Below are positions 9,101 through 15,423 of a stretch of 64,000 nucleotides of DNA, piece after piece (the first letter of the stretch is position 1; each line of letters begins with the position of its first letter). The notes under the pieces are model-generated. The model did no database searches. It was not told where the DNA came from and saw nothing but the letters and a program-made list of their open reading frames with translations. The DNA comes from Candidatus Azambacteria bacterium (GTDB lineage Bacteria; Patescibacteriota; Minisyncoccia; GWC2-36-17; WO2-46-25), in contig JACRAK010000025.1 in the NCBI GenBank assembly GCA_016234725.1, positions 5,713 through 69,712 on the forward strand, in the 5' to 3' direction. The position numbers and the translations under genes are program-made.

Positions 9101-9638
9101 ACCGCCAACATCTTCCAGCGGCTCATCTTTTACCACCCCATCAGGGAATTCATCTTCGCAGACAACACCCTCTCCGGCTGCGAGCAACTCATCTCCTGCA
9201 ACTCCCTCAGGCATGAGCACATCCCCGGCAACTCACCCTTTAACCCAATCAACCGCATCACCATCTATCACAGAGGGTTCTCTCATTCGCGGCCCCGACG
9301 GCATTAAGGTGTATATTATCAACGCGCACGGGTACAAGCGCCATATCTTTAACCCCGCGATCTTCAATATGTACGGTCACTTCAAATGGAATGAAATTAA
9401 AAGCGTAGACCAACAAACACTCGATGCATTTAAAACATCCGATCTTTATCGGGCAGATGGGGATACTAAGGTCTTTTCCCTCTCTGAGATCAACGAAGCC
9501 CAAGGGCTTGCCCAAAAGCGCTGGTTTAACACCTCAGCCACAAAATTCCAACAACTCGGCTATACCTTTAATCAGGTCTTTATCATTAACCCGAGAGAGC
9601 GGGATTATTACCAGGAAGGCGCACCTATTACCAATTGA
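6192..9638 (+). CDS. Large secreted multidomain protein: signal/TM, ConA/LamG-like jelly-roll, fibronectin type III, right-handed beta-helix, Pro/Thr/Ser linker, C-terminal domain
   Basis: N-terminal hydrophobic signal. FN3 signature (APTVPSGL...LSWTTSTD...GYTIYRDG...YTYTVSAYDAAGN). Beta-helix repeats (NYWRIVGNTLKDN, NNIFYSS, ..YDIGAYEY). A PT-rich linker APAPIVTPPASTPITTPTTPPTSSSGSS. Confidence 0.7.
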   Translation: MNLYTAARFSSFVSLAVFIAVGLCVSPVFSHTVSAAPYFYFDAESGTAGESLTNPPFCQTDCGESYQTGTVESAGGAPQGTNYFQWHIANLQHSVYNIVHNPSTFPFNPPLGSTMYLAYYFNYSRVNGVDVWHEVDDSADKGIELTGSGIRWITSPGHWGSLANNQDHHYTIWMGNPTYHLNPQFEGNPYWTVVPPNQSGYSIAAPPQLEYERWYSAVMAVKLATDNTGSVTLYLDGVKILEWNNIITAANTAPTIEHITMGGTIAQPAYDTPEHYRKYDALMLTDNWQDIVNGGYLGTSSIADTQAPTVPSGLIAIAASSAQIDLSWTTSTDTIGVTGYTIYRDGTQIATSPTNSYANTGLSASTLYTYTVSAYDAAGNNSARSAIVSATTQAVPVVATPFGTPVLNFSDLTSGPKTGWEGSTTQGSAVSIWGSGFGSSRGSSYVTVNGAQLTAASDYAEWGVTTNNARGLERITFWLNNFSIDGPGGITVTVNGETSNTLPFTVRAGNIYFIDGTNGSDSFNGEKAVSGASGGPWKHFYMASPTYNSAFHAGDIVYVRGGIYNEIHPNSGSDPLIMFNNVQGTSDSPYMIAAFPGEFPQLGDQGHTKGIYNRQQDGGGIPSHGITFSKFLWSPGCEAINIWGNYWRIVGNTLKDNICASQSAALSSTNSAYTEVLGNVFDHNGNPESQLQHHLYFTSVCLDYGYQNCAESHHNTLAWNETMNGPGSAGNGSESWAIKTWIAGTALTSHDFYIHDNYWHDEPGEAIWLYAKVKDIYIYNNIFEKVNFYNKKGGIRSQALAGNAPAANGNLYLYNNTFYDWSNGVDQGAIVAFGVNDHWITKNNIFYSSNPAGWVLSATNGGSVISDHDLFYNHGQIKYSGGNVTTTNAIVSVNPQFRNSATHDFYLNTSSPAKDVGVMIDIFNKDYDGISRPQGSAYDIGAYEYYEGSVSAPAPIVTPPASTPITTPTTPPTSSSGSSFTTPSGNSSSQTTPSPAASNSSPATPSGMSTSPATHPLTQSTASPSITEGSLIRGPDGIKVYIINAHGYKRHIFNPAIFNMYGHFKWNEIKSVDQQTLDAFKTSDLYRADGDTKVFSLSEINEAQGLAQKRWFNTSATKFQQLGYTFNQVFIINPRERDYYQEGAPITN

Positions 9639-9771
9639 ACCGGTGCGGGCGAGCGCGTGTAGGAGGTGCGTGATAGAATGTTTTCTTATGTGCTGGTAGA
9701 CTAATATTCTCCACAGTAGTCGCTTTGCTTTATGAGAAAAATAGCATATAATCGCATAATAAGCTATTTTT

Positions 9772-10365
9772 ATGGATCTTTCACGTTCTTTACTTGAGAA
9801 GTTTTACATAAAAAAGAACAGATCTGTTTCCGATATTGCGAAGGCACTTCGCTGTTCTGAGCATAAGATAAACTATTGGCTCGCGAAATTCACTATTCCA
9901 AAACGATCGATCAGTGAAGCGATCTATGTAAAAAACCACCCTCGCGGTGATCCTTTCAAAGTAAAAAAACAATTAACGAGCCGTGAGGTAAAACTTCTTG
10001 GGCTTGGGCTTGGGCTTTATTGGGGCGAAGGGAACAAGAAGAATAAGGTGTCGCTGCGATTAGGGAATACGGATCCGAGGCTGATAAAGATGTTCATGGA
10101 TTTTCTAGAAGAGATTTGCGGAGTGGCGCGAAACGCTATTACATTCAATCTCCTTATTTTTAATGATATCAGCGTATCTGCGGCAAAGCGATTTTGGGTT
10201 GCGGCATTGGGTATTCGCCCGGAACAGATACGAGGCAAAGTTATTGTGCTGAAGTCGGGGCGCATCGGCACATATAGACAGAAATCAAAATATGGAGTAT
10301 TAATATTACAGTATCACAATCGAAAACTCCGTGATATACTATGCGGGATGATTGAAAAATTATAA
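9772..10365 (+). CDS. HTH protein with a degenerate LAGLIDADG-like motif (possible free-standing homing-endonuclease relic)
   Basis: N-terminal HTH (SVSDIAKALRCSEHKINYWLAKF) and the motif KLLGLGLGLYWGEGNKKN resembling LAGLIDADG. The catalytic acidic positions are not clearly conserved. A TATAAT -10 box sits at about 9748. Confidence 0.3.
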   Translation: MDLSRSLLEKFYIKKNRSVSDIAKALRCSEHKINYWLAKFTIPKRSISEAIYVKNHPRGDPFKVKKQLTSREVKLLGLGLGLYWGEGNKKNKVSLRLGNTDPRLIKMFMDFLEEICGVARNAITFNLLIFNDISVSAAKRFWVAALGIRPEQIRGKVIVLKSGRIGTYRQKSKYGVLILQYHNRKLRDILCGMIEKL

Positions 10366-10458
10366 GCGATGTCATAAGAGGTGAATCGCTTGAAATTCCG
10401 TCGCTCGCCCGTCGCGAAAATTCATTTTCGTGCGGACTCGCTAGGAATTATAAAATAT

Positions 10459-10743
10459 GCCGTTGTAGCTCAGTTGGTAGAGCAACTCCATGGTAGAGCG
10501 TTTTTTCTGCCCGTAGCGAGGGAAACTTCGCTGATGAATCCGAATAACGGTTAAAAACTTAGCACAAAGTTAAGACCGTGGCGTTATCCTTTAGTGTTTT
10601 CTGGAGAATAAAGCCCGAACGACTGACAAGGAGGGCTGAATCAAAGTATGCCCAAGATACAGTCTAGCCCTCTCTATACGTGCATTAAAAAAGAGAGGTG
10701 TAAGCGAAGGAGTAGGTCGCCGGTTCAACTCCGGCCAACGGCT
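10459..10743 (+). tRNA. tRNA (probably Thr-GGU, anticodon assignment tentative) interrupted in the anticodon loop by a group-I-like intron of about 215 nt
   Basis: 5' exon GCCGTTG-TA-GCTC-AGTTGGTA-GAGC-A-ACTCC; 3' exon GGAGT-AGGTC-GCCGG-TTCAACT-CCGGC-CAACGGC, giving a perfect cloverleaf. The intron carries group I core-like elements: GCGAGGGAAACTTCGC, GAATCCGAAT, a P7-like GACTG...AAGATACAGTCTAG, and ends in G before the 3' exon. Confidence 0.6.
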
Positions 10744-10846
10744 CAGGTATGATTAATAACCCATAACCTACAACTAATAACCGCCGCATAACTTATAATT
10801 TTTGTTATCAGTTATGTGTTAAAAGCTGGTAGTTTGTTAAAATAAT

Positions 10847-11005
10847 ATGGCACAAGAAAATATCGTCAAGATGCAGTGTCCGTCGTGCAAGAACACGAAC
10901 TATTGGACGCACAAGAATAAAAAGACCATGACCACGAAGCTTGCGCTTGCGAAGTTCTGCAAAGCGTGCCGCAAGCACGTGACACACAAAGAAGCGAAGA
11001 AATAG
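10847..11005 (+). CDS. rpmG: 50S ribosomal protein L33 (zinc-ribbon form)
   Basis: 52-aa ORF MAQENIVKMQCPSCKNTNYWTHKNKKTMTTKLALAKFCKACRKHVTHKEAKK with two CxxC pairs and the L33 KNK..T motif. Absent from the ORF track because it is under 60 aa. Confidence 0.8.
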   Translation: MAQENIVKMQCPSCKNTNYWTHKNKKTMTTKLALAKFCKACRKHVTHKEAKK

Positions 11006-11088
11006 CGGCCTGAGGGCCGCGTCGTGGGAGCTTAGGTAAGTGGTATACCTGCTGTCTCCAACCCGCCTAAGTTTTTGCGGAGGAGAAT

Positions 11089-11160
11089 GGGGGCATAGTT
11101 CAATGGTTAGAACGACGGTCTCCAAAACCGTTAATCGGGGTTCGACTCCTCGTGCCCCCG
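11089..11160 (+). tRNA. tRNA-Trp (anticodon CCA)
   Basis: Acceptor GGGGGCA/TGCCCCC, D-arm GTTC-AATGGTT-AGAAC, and anticodon stem ACGGT/ACCGT with loop CTCCAAA. Flanked by 16-bp inverted repeats CCCGCCTAAGTTTTTG (11062-11077) and CAAAAATTTAGGCGGG (11161-11176). Confidence 0.85.
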
Positions 11161-11219
11161 CAAAAATTTAGGCGGGCGATTCCCCTGGCTCCCGCATTAG
11201 TATTGGGGGGAGAAAAAAG

Positions 11220-12704
11220 ATGGCAACGAATCTGAGCAAAATAAAAAAAGTTAAAGCAGAGAAAGTTGCCGCATTGCGGGCAGCCGGTGTCGAGCCGTAT
11301 CCGGAAACGAAAGAAACGATCACGCCGATCGCAGTGATCCTCAAGCAATTCGATGAATTTGCGGTGAGCCAGAAAAAAGGGCGCATCGCCGGCCGCGTCA
11401 TCGCCAAGCGCGAGCATGGCGGCGCGACATTCGTCGATATCTTTGACGGCACGGCGAAGATGCAGGCGCATTACAAGCAGGACCTGCTTGGGCCCGATAC
11501 ATACCGTTTTTTGATCGACTATATCGATATCGGTGATTTCGTTGAATCATCCGGACCATTTTTTATCACGCGCCGCGGCGAGCAAACGCAAGAGGTGGTT
11601 TCTTTTTCTGTGATCGCAAAGGCACTGATGCCGCTGCCGGAAAAATGGCACGGGCTTGCCGATGTCGATGAACGGTTCCGGAAACGATATCTCGATATAT
11701 TGATGAACGAAGATGCGCGAAAGATCTTCGTGAAGCGCGCGGTCATCATGAAAGCGCTCCGTGATTTTTTGGACGAAGAAGGGTACATGGAAGTGGAAAC
11801 GCCGGTTTTGCAGACCGTCGCGGGCGGTGCCATCGCACTGCCGTTCAAAACGCGATTGAATGCGCTGAAAATGGATCTCTTTTTGCGCGTGGCGCCCGAG
11901 CTGTATCTTAAACGGCTGCTTGTGGGCGGGTATCCGAAGGTGTATGAGATCGGCAGATGTTTCCGCAACGAAGGGATGGACGCGACGCATAATCCCGATT
12001 TCACGATGATGGAGTGCTACGCCGCATACCAGAACTACAAAGACGGCATGGCGTTCACCGAGCGGATGATACGCGCGATCTTCGCCGCGGCCCTGCCTGA
12101 AAGCCATTTACAGCTTGAGCGCGACGGGAAGATGATCGATCTTCAATCGCCGTTTGCGGTGGTGAAATTCAACGACCTTCTCAAAAAGTATGCGGGGATC
12201 GATTACGATACGACAAGCGCCGTGGAAATGGCGAAAAAAGCGAAACAGCTTGGCGTGGCATTCCCCAAAGGCGCAGGGAAGGGGAAGATCGCCGATGAGC
12301 TGTACAAAGAGCTCGCGCGCCCGCACTTGGTCCACCCGACGTTCATGACGCATCATCCGCTCGAACTCTCGCCGCTTGCCAAGCGCGCGGCAGACGATCA
12401 GGAAAAAGCGGCGCGCTTCCAGCTTGTTGTCGCGGGGATAGAGATGGTGAACGGCTATTCCGAGCTTAACGACCCGGCGGAGCAGCTGGCGCGCTTCAAG
12501 GCGCAAGACAAGCTGCGCAAGAAAGGAGACGCGGAAGCGCAGCCGATGGACCATGATTTTATCGATGCGCTTGAATACGGCATGCCGCCCGCAGTGGGCG
12601 TGGGCGTGGGCATCGAGCGGCTGGTCGCACTGGTGACCGGCGTGCATTCGGTGCGCGAGGTCATGCTGTTTCCTACGATGCGGCCGAAGAAGGGTAGAAA
12701 GTAG
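11220..12704 (+). CDS. lysS: Lysyl-tRNA synthetase (class II)
   Basis: 494 aa with an N-terminal OB anticodon-binding domain and class II motifs (..FRNEG..., GGIGIDR-like GVGIERL). Confidence 0.9.
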   Translation: MATNLSKIKKVKAEKVAALRAAGVEPYPETKETITPIAVILKQFDEFAVSQKKGRIAGRVIAKREHGGATFVDIFDGTAKMQAHYKQDLLGPDTYRFLIDYIDIGDFVESSGPFFITRRGEQTQEVVSFSVIAKALMPLPEKWHGLADVDERFRKRYLDILMNEDARKIFVKRAVIMKALRDFLDEEGYMEVETPVLQTVAGGAIALPFKTRLNALKMDLFLRVAPELYLKRLLVGGYPKVYEIGRCFRNEGMDATHNPDFTMMECYAAYQNYKDGMAFTERMIRAIFAAALPESHLQLERDGKMIDLQSPFAVVKFNDLLKKYAGIDYDTTSAVEMAKKAKQLGVAFPKGAGKGKIADELYKELARPHLVHPTFMTHHPLELSPLAKRAADDQEKAARFQLVVAGIEMVNGYSELNDPAEQLARFKAQDKLRKKGDAEAQPMDHDFIDALEYGMPPAVGVGVGIERLVALVTGVHSVREVMLFPTMRPKKGRK

Positions 12705-12756
12705 CGAGTAGCGAGTAGCACGTAGAAATTTGTAAGCAGAAGCAGGAAGAATAAAT

Positions 12757-14010
12757 ATGCTCGATATTAATAGTATTCGTCAAAATCCTGAAGAAATAAA
12801 AAAAGGCATCGCGGCAAAAAACGGCGACGCATTGCTTGTTGATGCGTTTCTTGCGGAGGATGCGCAATGGCGCGAACTTACCGCGGAGGTTGACGAGCTG
12901 CGTGCACGGCAGAAAAAAGCGGGGAATGAGCGTAATGTAAAGGAGGCGAAGAAATTAAAAGAAGAGATCAAGGTTAAAGAAGAGGGACTGACGAGCGCAG
13001 AGCAGAAGCGCGCGGAGTTGCTGCGCAAAATGCCGAATCCGCCGCTTCCGGAAGTGCCCCTAGGGAAGTCGGATAAAGAGAACGTGGTGCTTCGCGAAGT
13101 GGGCGCAAAACCGGTGTTTGATTTCACGCCGAAAGATTATTTCGCGCTTGCAGAACAATGTGACATTATCGATACGGAGCGTGCGGCGAAGGTGAGCGGC
13201 GCGCGATTCGGGTATTTGAAAGGAGAAGCGGCGATGCTTGAATTCGCACTGGTGCAGTTCGCGTTCGATACCGCGCGCAAGGAGGGGTTCGTACCGGTGG
13301 TGCCGCCGGTGATGGTGAAAGAAGAAATGATGCGCGGCATGGGGTATGTCGACCGGAGCGAGGACAGGGACGAAACGTATCTGCTTGAAAAAGACAATTT
13401 GTATCTGGTGGGTACGTCGGAGCAGTCGGTGGGGCCGATGCTTGCAGACGAGATCATTGACGCAGAAAAACTCCCGCTTCGGTTTGTCGCGTTTTCCACG
13501 TGTTTTCGGCGGGAGGCGGGTTCATACGGCAAAGATACGAAAGGGATCTTACGCGTGCATCAATTTGATAAAGTAGAAATGTTCAGTTTCTGCCACCCTG
13601 ACCGTTCAAAAGAAGAGCACAAGCTGTTGCTTGCGCTTGAGGAGCGCATGATGCAGGCGCTCAGGCTTCCGTATCATGTGCTTGATATCTGCACGGCTGA
13701 TCTCGGCATGCCTGCCGCGGCGAAGTTCGATATCGAAGCATGGATGCCGGGGCAGAACGACGGGAAGGGTGAATATCGTGAAACGCATTCCACATCGAAC
13801 ACGACCGATTTCCAGGCGCGGCGGTTGAATGTGCGCTTCAGGAGCGGCCAGCAGAAACCGGAATATGTGCATATGCTCAACGGCACGGCATTCGCCATCG
13901 GCAGGATGCTTATTGCGATCATGGAAAATTATCAACAGGCGGACGGAAGCATTCTCGTTCCGGATGCGCTCGTGCCGTATATGGGCGGCATCACGGAAAT
14001 TAAGCGATAA
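12757..14010 (+). CDS. serS: Seryl-tRNA synthetase
   Basis: 417 aa with an N-terminal coiled-coil arm and a class II core (..FRREAGSYGKDTKGILRVHQF.., ..GTAFAIGRMLIAIMENYQ). Confidence 0.9.
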   Translation: MLDINSIRQNPEEIKKGIAAKNGDALLVDAFLAEDAQWRELTAEVDELRARQKKAGNERNVKEAKKLKEEIKVKEEGLTSAEQKRAELLRKMPNPPLPEVPLGKSDKENVVLREVGAKPVFDFTPKDYFALAEQCDIIDTERAAKVSGARFGYLKGEAAMLEFALVQFAFDTARKEGFVPVVPPVMVKEEMMRGMGYVDRSEDRDETYLLEKDNLYLVGTSEQSVGPMLADEIIDAEKLPLRFVAFSTCFRREAGSYGKDTKGILRVHQFDKVEMFSFCHPDRSKEEHKLLLALEERMMQALRLPYHVLDICTADLGMPAAAKFDIEAWMPGQNDGKGEYRETHSTSNTTDFQARRLNVRFRSGQQKPEYVHMLNGTAFAIGRMLIAIMENYQQADGSILVPDALVPYMGGITEIKR

Positions 14011-14019
14011 TATTGCGGT

Positions 14020-14838
14020 ATGACGCATCATGTAAGCGTCCACGATCATCTCAGGCAAAAAAGGGCCCACAAGCAAAAAAGGAGGCTGATACTGTACAGC
14101 TCTTTTTTTATTTCCGTTCTCATCGGTATTTTTTATTTTCTTTTTTTTAGCGGGTATTGCGATATCCGCGGCATCACTGTTTCGGGGGCGGAGACGATCC
14201 GGGCGGATGACGTAAGCGCGGTCGTTGCGGGCGTGTTCAATGAGCGTTCACTGTTTCTTTTCAGCAATAAAAATTTTCTTGTATTTCCCGCGCACGAGGC
14301 GGCGCGCGCGGTCAAAGAGAAATTCCCCGCTATCGACAGCATAGACGTCTCCAGAAAAATATGGGGGGCGAACGTTGCGGTTGCTATCGCGGAACGCGAA
14401 CCCGTAGGCATTGTGTGCGGGAAAATGGAACAGGACGCATGCATGTATCTTGATAAGGGTGGTGTGGTATTTGCGGTGGCGCCCCGGATCGTCGGCGCGT
14501 CGGTGCTGCGCATCGAAGAAGGATCGCTCGGCGAAATTACCGGTTTCCCCGCGCAAAAATATGCCGGTGACGCCATCAATTTCATTATGCTTACAAAACG
14601 GCATGTGCGCGAGAAGGCGGGCATCACTATTAAAACGTTTGCATTTTTGAATGAATACGGTGATGTGGAAGCGCGCACGCAAGAAGGGTTCACGATATGG
14701 TTCAGCATGAATCAGGACGCGGAATATCAGGCGCAGGTGCTCAAAAATCTTCTTGCCGCAGAGATCAAAGATCAAGCGCCCGATCTTGAATACATCGACC
14801 TGCGGGTGGAGAACAGGGCGTATTATAAGCTTAAATAA
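14020..14838 (+). CDS. ftsQ: Cell division protein FtsQ/DivIB-like (POTRA domain)
   Basis: Basic cytoplasmic N-terminus, single TM helix, then a POTRA-like region (IRGITVSGAETIRADDV...FPAIDSIDVSRKIWGANVAVAIAEREP). Confidence 0.55.
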   Translation: MTHHVSVHDHLRQKRAHKQKRRLILYSSFFISVLIGIFYFLFFSGYCDIRGITVSGAETIRADDVSAVVAGVFNERSLFLFSNKNFLVFPAHEAARAVKEKFPAIDSIDVSRKIWGANVAVAIAEREPVGIVCGKMEQDACMYLDKGGVVFAVAPRIVGASVLRIEEGSLGEITGFPAQKYAGDAINFIMLTKRHVREKAGITIKTFAFLNEYGDVEARTQEGFTIWFSMNQDAEYQAQVLKNLLAAEIKDQAPDLEYIDLRVENRAYYKLK

Positions 14839-14846
14839 AGAGGATT

Positions 14847-14892
14847 CCAATTACCTGTATAATATGCTATAGCATATTATACAGGTAATTGG
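14847..14892. repeat. 46-nt perfect palindrome containing TGTATAAT on both strands
   Basis: CCAATTACCTGTATAATATGCTATAGCATATTATACAGGTAATTGG read directly. It shares the 13-mer TATACAGGTAATT with 54766-54778. Confidence 0.6.
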
Positions 14893-15013
14893 TGATGAAC
14901 TTGCTTCAGAAAAGACCGATTTTATGTTTTGTGCGTTTCGCTTTTAATTTTTGACTTTTTTTGTATTTACGGTATTGTAGTGGGAAAATCGCTGTTCATT
15001 CAAAAGGGAGGTA

Positions 15014-15361
15014 ATGCCAATGAAAAAGAAGGTGTTGGTCGTGTCTCAAAAGGGAACGCTTGTAGATCTTGCGGTCATACGAAAAGATGCGGAGATAATA
15101 GAGACAACGCATCTTGGGGCACTGGAATCCTTCAAGGAGAAAGTGCCCAGTATAATCATTGTCGATGATTATACTGAAAGCGGAAGTCTTGCGCTGGGGT
15201 TTCAGACCTACCATGAGATACGGGAGCGTCTTCTGCCGTGGCAGACGCTTGTGCGCATGGGGCGGGAAGATTATCCGTATGCCGATTACATCAAGCACCC
15301 TAACGCGGGAGACAAAGCGAATCAGTTTTTCACGATAGTTGAGTCGCTCATCGCGGCGTAA
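15014..15361 (+). CDS. Hypothetical protein (weak receiver-domain-like features)
   Basis: 115-aa ORF (KKVLVVSQ...IIIVDD...). Followed by a bidirectional rho-independent terminator. Confidence 0.3.
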   Translation: MPMKKKVLVVSQKGTLVDLAVIRKDAEIIETTHLGALESFKEKVPSIIIVDDYTESGSLALGFQTYHEIRERLLPWQTLVRMGREDYPYADYIKHPNAGDKANQFFTIVESLIAA

Positions 15362-15380
15362 CGCCGCACAAAACACAAAC

Positions 15381-15411
15381 GGCGGCCTCATACGAGGTCC
15401 GCCGTTTTTTT
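15381..15411. terminator. Bidirectional rho-independent terminator
   Basis: GGCGGCCTCATACGAGGTCCGCC hairpin followed by TTTTTTT. It sits between the convergent genes at 15014(+) and 15424(-). Confidence 0.7.
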
Positions 15412-15423
15412 ATTTGCTTGAGA

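Noticed and set aside
11547-12647. Minus-strand ORFs of 186 and 179 aa overlapping lysS
   Set aside because: They are antisense to the lysyl-tRNA synthetase CDS with an R/H-rich spurious composition.
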